54,453 nucleotides of DNA from a virus. Lineage: Duplodnaviria; Caudoviricetes. The translations under genes were made by a program, and so were the position numbers. The DNA lies in the IMG/VR virus record IMGVR_UViG_3300042923_000201, positions 1-54,453 of that record, one strand, 5' to 3'. This document shows, piece after piece, positions 36,947 through 45,204 of this stretch; positions within the stretch are counted from its first letter, which is position 1, and every line of letters starts with the position of its first letter. The notes under the pieces are model-generated. The model was not told the origin of the DNA and searched no databases. It saw only the letters and a program-made list of their open reading frames with translations.

Positions 36947-37267
36947 TTGGCAAGAGGTAAAAAAGTATTAAGCGAATTTGATGCTGAATGGATTAATTTA
37001 CTAAGTTCAGTAGGTATGAGTGCCATGCAGATTTCCAACAGGTATAAATATCCATACATAAATGTTAAAGATGTGCTAACAGGAAACTCTTACAGTAGAG
37101 TTACAGGTATATTAAACAAAACAGTAACTCAGGACGAGCTTACAGTTGTTACATGGTTGTTACAGAGAAGAATACCTTATAGACAGGTTGCCTTATTAAC
37201 AGGAATAGAAGCTAATATTGTGCGTAACATAAAAGGTTGCTTACAATTCCAAAACAAGTTATGTTAA
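36947..37267 (+). CDS. Putative DNA-binding protein (two HTH-like repeats)
   Basis: GMSAMQISNRY..V..V.TG and IPYRQVALLTGI..VRNIK; AAGGAG RBS. Confidence 0.6.
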   Translation: MARGKKVLSEFDAEWINLLSSVGMSAMQISNRYKYPYINVKDVLTGNSYSRVTGILNKTVTQDELTVVTWLLQRRIPYRQVALLTGIEANIVRNIKGCLQFQNKLC

Positions 37268-37287
37268 ATAAATACTGTATACATATT

Positions 37288-37314
37288 GGGGGATAGTTGT
37301 TTTATCTCCCTTTT
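37288..37314 (+). terminator. Terminator-like hairpin
   Basis: GGGGGATA / TATCTCCC + TTTT. Confidence 0.55.
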
Positions 37315-37355
37315 ACTAGACATAAAGATAAACACACTAAACAGGGGGAATAGAT

Positions 37356-39518
37356 TTGGTAATAGATGTAAAAGTAGTAAAGAAGGATGGTAGACTGGAA
37401 GACTTTGACTTTAACAAAATAATTGATGCAGTCCAAAAATCTGCTGATAGAGTAGGAGAAGATTTTACAATAAAAAACATTAGAGACATTGAAGTCTTTG
37501 TTGTAGAAAAAGTGGAGTACTGTACAAATGTAACTGTGGAGTCTTTACATGAAATAGTAATAGAAAGTTTACAAAAAGTTAACCATAAAATAGCAGACTC
37601 CTACTCTTCTTACAGGGAATACAAAAAGAAATACAACAAGACATTTGAGAATATATTGGTAGAAAGTAAATCAATTGTATTTACGGGAAATAAAGATAAT
37701 GCCAATAAAGACAGTCAACTAAATAGTACTAAAAAGGAATTGGTGTCAGGTTCATTATCTAAACAGATTTACTTGGATTATGAGTTACCTTCCGTTATTG
37801 CACAGGCTCATAAAGATGGAGACATCTACATACACGATACAAGTGATAGATTGTTTGGGAGTATTAATTGTTGTTTGTTTGATATGGGAGCAGTATTAAA
37901 TGGTGGTTTTAATCTAAATGGTGTAAAGTATACAGAACCTACATCAGCAGAAAGTGCATTGCGTGTGTTAAGTGATGTTATATTACAGGCTTCTTCTCAA
38001 CAGTATGGCGGTTTTACTGTTCCTGAGATTGATACTGTATTGGCTCCATATGTAAACAAGGCAATTAAGAACTCATTCGCATACTACCGTAAAAACATTC
38101 CTAGTATTGACGGGGGTACAGCACGTAACTTAGCTCTTAAATATGTAGAGAGAGCATTAGAACAAGGGTTTCAAGCCACAGAGACTAGATTAAACACAAT
38201 TAATAATAGTAATGGTCAAACAGCATTTATTACATTATCTTTTGGGTTGGATACATCTATATCAGGTAGACTAGTTTCAAAAGTATTATTGGAAAACAGA
38301 AAGAATGGTATTGGTGCCAATCACTTAACACCTGTATTTCCTAAATTAGTTTTCTTACATAGAAACGGGATAAATGGAGAACAAGGTGACCCGAACTATG
38401 ACATATATTTACAGGCACTAGACTGTTCCTTAACCCGTATGTACCCTGATTACTTATCTCTTAATGAAGGTTACTTGGGTGAGATATTTGATAAACATGA
38501 AGTAGCTATTTCACCAATGGGATGTAGGGCATTTCTTTCACCTTGGTATAAAGACGGTGGACAGCACCCTTCCTCACCCACTGACCCAATAGTATATACA
38601 GGTAGAGCGAACTGTGGTGCCATTACTATCAATACTGTAAGATGTGCCATAGAGGCTAAAGGGGATGTAACTAAGTTTTTCCAACTATTTGATAAGAATT
38701 TAAACTTGGCTTTAACAGTACATGACATTACATATCAACAATTAAGTAAGATAAAGGCATCCTCCAATCCACTGTTTTTCTGTGAGGGTGGTTGCCACAT
38801 TAAACTAGACCCAAATGAGACGATAGAAAGAGCCATACGTACATTTACTTGGGGAATAGGTTATATAGGCTTAACAGAGGCATCATATTTAATGACAGGT
38901 AAAGCTACACATGAGGATAATAGTTTTGCCATTAAAGTATTGGAACATTTGAACAAACAACTAGATAAAGCTAAGGAAGAAATGGGATTACTATTTGCAG
39001 TATATGCCACCCCTGCTGAATCCCTATGTTATACATTTAGAGACAAGGATTATGAGAAGTATGGAGAAATTAAAGGGGTTACAGATAAACCTTATTACAT
39101 GAACTCCTTCCATGTGGATGTACAGGCTCCTGTAAATGCCATACAAAAACAGGATATAGAAGACCCATTATTCCATTTAAGTAAAGGTGGACGTATAACA
39201 TTTAATGAGTTCCCTAACAAGTTTAACTTTCAAGGTGTTAAAGAAGTTGTAGATTATGCTATGACTAAAGGTAAATACTTTGGAGTTAACATTGAGTTAG
39301 ATATGTGTAATGACTGTGATGAAGAAGGAGAGTTCGAGGATTACATTTGTCCTAACTGTGGTTCCTCCAACATTACAATGATTGACAGGGTTTGTGGGTA
39401 TTTGTCTTATCGTAAATTAGATGGAGATACCCGTTATAATAAGGGTAAGTTTCAGGAAGTAGAAGACAGAGTAGACCACTTTGGTATAGTAGTTGACATG
39501 GAGGGAAAAGAACTATGA
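37356..39518 (+). CDS. nrdD: Anaerobic (class III) ribonucleoside-triphosphate reductase with ATP cone
   Basis: VVKKDGR ATP cone, IYIHD, NCC, PMGCR, TPAES, C..C/CPNC and glycyl-radical RVCGY. Confidence 0.96.
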   Translation: MVIDVKVVKKDGRLEDFDFNKIIDAVQKSADRVGEDFTIKNIRDIEVFVVEKVEYCTNVTVESLHEIVIESLQKVNHKIADSYSSYREYKKKYNKTFENILVESKSIVFTGNKDNANKDSQLNSTKKELVSGSLSKQIYLDYELPSVIAQAHKDGDIYIHDTSDRLFGSINCCLFDMGAVLNGGFNLNGVKYTEPTSAESALRVLSDVILQASSQQYGGFTVPEIDTVLAPYVNKAIKNSFAYYRKNIPSIDGGTARNLALKYVERALEQGFQATETRLNTINNSNGQTAFITLSFGLDTSISGRLVSKVLLENRKNGIGANHLTPVFPKLVFLHRNGINGEQGDPNYDIYLQALDCSLTRMYPDYLSLNEGYLGEIFDKHEVAISPMGCRAFLSPWYKDGGQHPSSPTDPIVYTGRANCGAITINTVRCAIEAKGDVTKFFQLFDKNLNLALTVHDITYQQLSKIKASSNPLFFCEGGCHIKLDPNETIERAIRTFTWGIGYIGLTEASYLMTGKATHEDNSFAIKVLEHLNKQLDKAKEEMGLLFAVYATPAESLCYTFRDKDYEKYGEIKGVTDKPYYMNSFHVDVQAPVNAIQKQDIEDPLFHLSKGGRITFNEFPNKFNFQGVKEVVDYAMTKGKYFGVNIELDMCNDCDEEGEFEDYICPNCGSSNITMIDRVCGYLSYRKLDGDTRYNKGKFQEVEDRVDHFGIVVDMEGKEL

Positions 39519-40003
39519 GGTATGCATCCGTATTAGACATGGATTTAAACAACGGGGAAGGTGTGAGAGTGTCCTTATGGGTTAGTGGCTGTCCTCATGA
39601 ATGTGTAGGCTGTCACAATGAGGATTTATGGGATAAAGATACAGGGATTACATTCTCCACTTGGACGTTAAGTAACCTTATTGAATTGTTGGACAGAGAC
39701 ATAAGTAAAAACCTGTCTATATTAGGTGGAGAACCGTTGGCTCCTTACAATGTGGAAGATGTTACAGAGATATGTAGAATTATAAAGTTTTACCATCCCA
39801 ATAAAAACATATGGTTATGGACAGGATATAACTGGGATGAAGTTAAAGAGTTACCTATAATGAAGTACTTGGATGTAGTTGTGGATGGAAAGTTTGAAAT
39901 AGAGTTGGCTGACCCTACATTATTATTTAAAGGTAGTTCCAATCAAAGGGTAATAGATGTGAAAACAGGGGAAGAGATAAAAGAATTGGAAGAAAAAGTG
40001 TAA
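39515..40003 (+). CDS. nrdG: Anaerobic RNR activating radical-SAM protein
   Basis: NGEGVRVSLWVSGCPHECVGCHN, LGGEP, GSSNQR. Confidence 0.95.
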   Translation: MRYASVLDMDLNNGEGVRVSLWVSGCPHECVGCHNEDLWDKDTGITFSTWTLSNLIELLDRDISKNLSILGGEPLAPYNVEDVTEICRIIKFYHPNKNIWLWTGYNWDEVKELPIMKYLDVVVDGKFEIELADPTLLFKGSSNQRVIDVKTGEEIKELEEKV

Positions 40004-40031
40004 AAGCTTTTTCTTTTTTTTAATTTAGGTA

Positions 40032-40060
40032 TTGACAATTGGTTAATCATGGTATATACT
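40032..40060 (+). promoter_or_regulatory. SigA-type early promoter
   Basis: TTGACA-17-TATACT. Confidence 0.8.
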
Positions 40061-40113
40061 AAGTACAAGTTAAAGGAACAACAGATACATAATAAAAGGA
40101 GGAAGAAATACAT

Positions 40114-40506
40114 ATGTTAAAGAAAAGTATTTTAGTAGTATTAATCGGTATTTTGTTATTAGGGGTTTCAGGATGTAGGGAGTCAGAAAAAGCATCATAC
40201 AACTTATCAAAAGAGGCAGACAGTTTCAATGTTGTAAGACAGCTCACAGTTATTAATTCTCGTAGTGATGTTATTCAGTTTCAAATGACTGGTAAAATGT
40301 CTATCGAATTTGATGCAGAAGACAATCAGTTGGAAGTTATGGTAGAAGATGCAGACGGTAAATACTATAAAGAGATAGTAGGACTCAATGAATGGTCTAT
40401 GTATGTTTTAGAAGATAAGAGTGGAGCAGATGTTAGTAACTACAAATATACACTAATTTACAATGAGAACATGTTGGTTCCTGTTGAGGTAAAGACAGTT
40501 GATTAA
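40114..40506 (+). CDS. Putative lipoprotein
   Basis: Signal peptide with lipobox-like VSGC. Confidence 0.75.
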   Translation: MLKKSILVVLIGILLLGVSGCRESEKASYNLSKEADSFNVVRQLTVINSRSDVIQFQMTGKMSIEFDAEDNQLEVMVEDADGKYYKEIVGLNEWSMYVLEDKSGADVSNYKYTLIYNENMLVPVEVKTVD

Positions 40507-40825
40507 AAGTAAAAGTAAATTTGAGTATTGTGATTTCTCAGGTGGAAATGATTTTGAATTTGTAGCTCATGCAAAAAAGTTTACAAAACAAGAAGTAGTG
40601 GATATTTGTATGGAAGAATGGGATTATAGATTTGACAATATGGCATACAGGAAACCTACTGTGGATGATGTAAAAGAAGAAACAGTAAGATGGTATGTAA
40701 AAATACCTGAGAATTGTGGATATGATGGAGATGGTGGTTGTTATTCCTATTGTGATACTGGTGAAAGAGGTAGTTTTCCAGTGTGGGTAATAATGTTTGA
40801 AGATTTAAAAATTGTCACAAAGTAG
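40499..40825 (+). CDS. Hypothetical protein
   Basis: 108 aa, GAGGT RBS, overlaps upstream stop. Confidence 0.7.
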   Translation: MIKSKSKFEYCDFSGGNDFEFVAHAKKFTKQEVVDICMEEWDYRFDNMAYRKPTVDDVKEETVRWYVKIPENCGYDGDGGCYSYCDTGERGSFPVWVIMFEDLKIVTK

Positions 40826-40842
40826 CACAAGTTAATACATTA
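40813..40842 (+). promoter_or_regulatory. Phage promoter-like motif
   Basis: TGTCACAAA-N11-TAATACATTA. Confidence 0.75.
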
Positions 40843-40885
40843 TATACATACATATATATAAACATATAAAACAGGGGGAATAAAA

Positions 40886-41476
40886 ATGGTAGTAAAAGGT
40901 AAAGAAATAAAAACAACAACAATGGTAGAAAAGGCATTAAGTAAGGATAGAGTAAGAGGGTTTGAACCAGTGAAGGATGCTCCTGAGGGAACAGTATTAC
41001 CTCTTCAAGCAACTAGAACATCAGCAGGGTTAGATTTTGTAGCTACAGAAACATTTGGTATACATCCACAGGAAGTAGTATCTTTCTTAACAAATGTAAA
41101 AGCTTACATGCAAGAAGACGAAGTATTAATGATTTACATACGTAGTGGAATGGGTATTAAGAATAACCTAATGATTGCCAACACTCAAAGTGTTATCGAC
41201 AGTGACTTCCATAATAATCCTGATAATGACGGTAATATTAGGATAGCAATCAGAAACATAGCTCCTACTTTTGAGTTAATAAAAGTGGTACAAGTAGTAG
41301 ACATAAAGGGTGAGTTATGGGATGTTCCAGTAATAAAAGATTTAAGCCAGTCAAACCTAGTTATTATTCAAAAAGGGGACAGGGTTGCACAAGGAGTGTT
41401 TAACAAATTCTTACAGTCAGATACAGGTAGAAGTGATACAGTAAGAGTAGGTGGAGTAGGAAGTACAGACAAATGA
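40886..41476 (+). CDS. dut: Trimeric dUTPase with insertion
   Basis: Motifs SAGLDF, RSG, VIDSDF, GDRVAQG, RVGGVGST. Confidence 0.92.
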   Translation: MVVKGKEIKTTTMVEKALSKDRVRGFEPVKDAPEGTVLPLQATRTSAGLDFVATETFGIHPQEVVSFLTNVKAYMQEDEVLMIYIRSGMGIKNNLMIANTQSVIDSDFHNNPDNDGNIRIAIRNIAPTFELIKVVQVVDIKGELWDVPVIKDLSQSNLVIIQKGDRVAQGVFNKFLQSDTGRSDTVRVGGVGSTDK

Positions 41477-41649
41477 GTATGATGGCACTATGTAGTAACT
41501 GTGTCCATGTTAATGTGTGTAGTTTTAAACAAGAGTTCTATGAATTTACAGAAGCTAAAATCAAATTATTAGCAGAATCAAATGAAAAGTTTGACTTATT
41601 GGCATCATGTAAAGAGTACCTTAGAGTTAACGTGAGTAGGGGGTTATAG
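41473..41649 (+). CDS. Small Cys/His protein (58 aa)
   Basis: Hand translation MSMMALCSNCVHVNVC...SCKEYL; ATGA overlap with dut stop. Confidence 0.6.
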   Translation: MSMMALCSNCVHVNVCSFKQEFYEFTEAKIKLLAESNEKFDLLASCKEYLRVNVSRGL

Positions 41650-41650
41650 T

Positions 41651-41818
41651 GTGGGTAGCAGTCGTAGTAAATACCAAGACACACTAGATTTAATTGATGA
41701 ACGTATAATAGAATTAAAAGAGTTGGGTGTAGATACTACATTTGTAGGGGTTATAAATCCTGATGATATATTGAAACCTAACTATAAAGAAATCTATACT
41801 AAAAACAGGGGGTTATAA
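41651..41818 (+). CDS. Hypothetical protein (55 aa)
   Basis: GTG start with AGGGGG RBS; fills the gap between neighbours. Confidence 0.55.
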   Translation: MGSSRSKYQDTLDLIDERIIELKELGVDTTFVGVINPDDILKPNYKEIYTKNRGL

Positions 41819-41819
41819 A

Positions 41820-42212
41820 ATGGGAAATAAGAGTAGTTTTGTAGAAGTAACATTTAATGAAGCATTATTGGTGTGGAGAGAAAAAACAGTTATTAAGTGT
41901 GAGGTATTTGGTGGTAGACAGTTCGTATATAGCAATTTTGATGCCTTAAAGGATGATAAAGGTATGACTATTTCTTCTTATGAAATTTTAGATGGTACAT
42001 GGTATATGGAAGTAGAGGAAGAAGCACACCCATTGGATGAATTGGGAGAAGAGTTAAACAAGCTTCTACACACATTTAACGATATTGATTGTGTGGCTAG
42101 TAAATGTAGTGATTGTGTGCTTAAGGAAAAAGTTTCAATTCCTTGTGTAGAAGACGGTAACCCTAATGTTTGTAATATTTTAGTAGGCTTAAGAGAAACA
42201 TTTATGAAATAA
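41820..42212 (+). CDS. Hypothetical protein with C-terminal Cys cluster
   Basis: 130 aa; C-terminal module like that of 36490..36924. Confidence 0.7.
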   Translation: MGNKSSFVEVTFNEALLVWREKTVIKCEVFGGRQFVYSNFDALKDDKGMTISSYEILDGTWYMEVEEEAHPLDELGEELNKLLHTFNDIDCVASKCSDCVLKEKVSIPCVEDGNPNVCNILVGLRETFMK

Positions 42213-42228
42213 ACAGTGGAGGTAAATA

Positions 42229-42438
42229 ATGGAACAACAGGAAACAGATATTTACATATTAGGTAGATTTAACAGGCAAGGTGTATTTATAGAATACATA
42301 AGAAAAGGTAAGAACAACGCAATATCGGGGTACAGTTCCCTATCCTCAGCAAAAAGAGGACGGTCACAATGTAAGCCATATATTAAAGGAAAAATAAAAA
42401 TTATAAAAATGTCACCACAGGAGGTTTTAGATTGCTAA
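42229..42438 (+). CDS. Hypothetical basic protein
   Basis: 69 aa, GGAGGT RBS. Confidence 0.65.
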   Translation: MEQQETDIYILGRFNRQGVFIEYIRKGKNNAISGYSSLSSAKRGRSQCKPYIKGKIKIIKMSPQEVLDC

Positions 42439-42995
42439 TATCAACAGTAACAAAATTGGGTGACTGGATAGGTGTTAAAATTGCCTGTCTAAACACCATA
42501 GGTAAAACAAAGACAACTAAGGAACCGTCAGAACTATGGAAGAAAAACTTACTTCTATCTGAACATTCCCCAATACGTAGATTAAAGTACATTTGGACTT
42601 GGACAGACTTACCTTATTGGGTATCAGTACATATAACACGACATAAATTTGGTATAGACCATTGGGTCAGTACTCAAAGAGAAGACCGTACAGGTGAGGA
42701 CAGGGACTCCAAAAGACAGGATGAACCTGTAATACATACAGTAGAAGGAAATGCACAAGCTTTAATAAATGTATCACGTAAAAGACTGTGTTTTCAAGCA
42801 TCCACACCTACTAGAGAAGCTTGGGAAAAAGCTAAAGTAGAAGTAGGTAAAGTGGATAATGTAATGGCAAGTGTTATGGTTAAGGAATGTGTGTACAGAG
42901 GCTTCTGTCCTGAACTTACATCCTGTGGGTACGCTGATTCCCATGCATACATATTAGAATTACAAGAGTACAGGTCAGGAATAAATGGTTATTAA
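42432..42995 (+). CDS. thyX: Flavin-dependent thymidylate synthase-like protein
   Basis: EHSP, H.TRHK...STQR (RHR-S motif variant), RLCFQA, CVYRGFCPE. Confidence 0.78.
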   Translation: MLISTVTKLGDWIGVKIACLNTIGKTKTTKEPSELWKKNLLLSEHSPIRRLKYIWTWTDLPYWVSVHITRHKFGIDHWVSTQREDRTGEDRDSKRQDEPVIHTVEGNAQALINVSRKRLCFQASTPTREAWEKAKVEVGKVDNVMASVMVKECVYRGFCPELTSCGYADSHAYILELQEYRSGINGY

Positions 42996-43017
42996 ATAAA
43001 TTTGAAAGGTTGTTATA

Positions 43018-43323
43018 ATGGCTAAAACATTATATGAGGACAACTGTTTCAAAGTATTAAAAAGTAAAGACTATGTGGTTGTACGTAAGGACTTTCCTTA
43101 TGACTTCCACAGTCACTTTGCTAGATATTCAGGAGCTAGAGAGGTAATAAAACTGTTTAATAAAAAGTTAATACCTGTCAATCCCTACTTTGTTACAGCA
43201 CTTAGACGTATTTCTACGGAGGAAGAATGGGAAGGGTTTAAGGAACAGAAACATAAGGATACATACATAAACAGTTCCAAAGGTGTTAGAAGGAAGAAAA
43301 ACGGTAGAAAAGGGAGAAGTTAG
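43018..43323 (+). CDS. Hypothetical basic protein
   Basis: 101-aa ORF in operon. Confidence 0.7.
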   Translation: MAKTLYEDNCFKVLKSKDYVVVRKDFPYDFHSHFARYSGAREVIKLFNKKLIPVNPYFVTALRRISTEEEWEGFKEQKHKDTYINSSKGVRRKKNGRKGRS

Positions 43324-43325
43324 TT

Positions 43326-43571
43326 ATGGAGTTTAGTAGTATTATGTTTAGCATCACGTCAGCTTTATTTGTAGTAATGTTCATTACAATCTTTATAATA
43401 AATACAGAGATACGAAAGTTGTTTAAAATAACAGACTATTTGTTGGACATGTTACAGGATTTAGATATTAACATTGAGACATATGAACAAGTAAAACAGC
43501 AACAAGAGATAGACAGGAAAAAAGACAACAGAGACAGAATAATGAAAACAGTTGGAAAATGGACAAAATAA
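43326..43571 (+). CDS. Hypothetical membrane-anchored protein
   Basis: N-terminal TM helix, 81 aa. Confidence 0.65.
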   Translation: MEFSSIMFSITSALFVVMFITIFIINTEIRKLFKITDYLLDMLQDLDINIETYEQVKQQQEIDRKKDNRDRIMKTVGKWTK

Positions 43572-43573
43572 AT

Positions 43574-43603
43574 TGTCACAAATAGGTAAAGATTAATACA
43601 TTA
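43574..43603 (+). promoter_or_regulatory. Phage promoter-like motif
   Basis: TGTCACAAA-N11-TAATACATTA. Confidence 0.75.
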
Positions 43604-43636
43604 ATTATGTAAACATATAAAACAGGGGGAATACAA

Positions 43637-43885
43637 ATGGCAAAAAGTGTAAGTAAGTTAAGTGGTCAAGTAAGTAAGAACAAAACAAAGGTAGAACAAG
43701 CTCTGTCAATATTTTCTACTTTAATTAAAGACATTACCAAGGCTCAAGAAGAAATGACATCTGTTGTAGTTGAATGTGAGAACTCAATTAAGGGGCATAA
43801 GGAAACACAGTTAGTGGCTCAACAGCACATACAAGAATATGACGTGTTACTAAAAAATGTTAAATCTATATTGGGGGAAAAGTAG
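43637..43885 (+). CDS. Hypothetical coiled-coil protein
   Basis: 82 aa, AGGGGG RBS. Confidence 0.7.
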   Translation: MAKSVSKLSGQVSKNKTKVEQALSIFSTLIKDITKAQEEMTSVVVECENSIKGHKETQLVAQQHIQEYDVLLKNVKSILGEK

Positions 43886-43886
43886 A

Positions 43887-44615
43887 ATGAGTAAGAAAGT
43901 AAAGAGCAAGTTTAAGGTTGGAGATTATGTTAAAGGACAGTTATCTAACGGTGGAGAGTATGCAGTTACTAACGGTGATATGTTAAAAGCTGTTGTACAA
44001 AGTGTGAGTTTTAGTGGTGGCTATGAGACAGTAATAGTTCAAGTGTTGGAGCATGTATACCAAAAATGGGTAGGGGATATATTCTATGTTGATGCTGAGT
44101 ACTTTGACAAAATAAACATTTTTAGTGTTGGAGACATTATTTGCGGTACTCCTGAGTCTAGTAAATTTTATGGTTACACATCAGAGTATATGTCAAAAGC
44201 TATTGTATTAGAAGTGCTTGAAGGTATGAGTATTAAAATAAAAGTATTAGAACATACTAAATACCCTGATGAAGTTGGACAAACATATACAGTAACTTCA
44301 CGGTACTTTGCCCCATATATAAAGAAAGAAAAGGTAAAATCTCAGGCAGGGATAATAGATGCCAGTAGTATAGTTGGAGCATCAATAACACGTGCTACTA
44401 TGCTACCTATGTCTTTCACTATACCTAGTGACAATGGTTTTCATGTAAAAGTAATAAATGAGTTAAGTGTACAATTTATCTTCATTGGTGACAAGCATAT
44501 ATTAGCTGTAGATACAGAGGGTAACATTGGTAAAGCCTCCAAACATCCTAGTGATATATATAATGAAGAAACGGGTAAGGCAATAGCATACTTTAGATTA
44601 ATGGGGGGTAAATAA
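43887..44615 (+). CDS. Hypothetical protein with two SH3/KOW-like repeats
   Basis: FKVGDYVKG...VLEH...VG..F.V..YF repeated twice; start moved to MSKK. Confidence 0.72.
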   Translation: MSKKVKSKFKVGDYVKGQLSNGGEYAVTNGDMLKAVVQSVSFSGGYETVIVQVLEHVYQKWVGDIFYVDAEYFDKINIFSVGDIICGTPESSKFYGYTSEYMSKAIVLEVLEGMSIKIKVLEHTKYPDEVGQTYTVTSRYFAPYIKKEKVKSQAGIIDASSIVGASITRATMLPMSFTIPSDNGFHVKVINELSVQFIFIGDKHILAVDTEGNIGKASKHPSDIYNEETGKAIAYFRLMGGK

Positions 44616-44616
44616 T

Positions 44617-45123
44617 ATGTTTGAAGGTTTAAGTGATGCAGATTTTATTAAAAAGTTGATGGAGTTAAGTGGCGACGGTGTACATGAGTGTGACAACTGT
44701 GGTGCTTGTGGTAAAGATATAGAAGAAGTAGAAGACTCCAAAGACTTTGTTTATATGATAGAAAAGTTGTTTTTAGACGATAAAAATGATGTTGCAGGAC
44801 AGGAACCAGTGTTAGAAGTTTTTACATCCATTAGAAGTATTACAGCCTTTGGGGATAAATTGGGTGCCGACATGAATGAGGACATTGCTACAGGTGGTAT
44901 TATTACAACGGGTGTGCATGCCACAGAAGATATAGTAGATATGTTGGGTGACTTAGGTAAACAAGGTAAGGAAATTGCTAGAGCTATTCCTGAGGGAGTT
45001 ACAGCTTGTATGCCAATATTACACGTAATCTCAGATTTGTATACATTTGATGAAGGTGAAGAAATAGAAATTTATAAAAGCGTACTTCTCTTAATACAGG
45101 AAGTTCCAGTAGCATCAGTATAA
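44617..45123 (+). CDS. Hypothetical acidic protein with CxxCxxC
   Basis: 168 aa, GGGGG RBS. Confidence 0.7.
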   Translation: MFEGLSDADFIKKLMELSGDGVHECDNCGACGKDIEEVEDSKDFVYMIEKLFLDDKNDVAGQEPVLEVFTSIRSITAFGDKLGADMNEDIATGGIITTGVHATEDIVDMLGDLGKQGKEIARAIPEGVTACMPILHVISDLYTFDEGEEIEIYKSVLLLIQEVPVASV

Positions 45124-45137
45124 AAAGTAAGGGAGGG

Positions 45138-45169
45138 AGAGGGTAACAGTATTAAAACTGTTGCTCTTT
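45138..45169 (+). terminator. Terminator-like hairpin
   Basis: GGGTAACAGT / ACTGTTGCTC stem. Confidence 0.5.
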
Positions 45170-45204
45170 ACTTTTTATAAAGGTTAAGGAAGGGGTTAAA
45201 ACAA

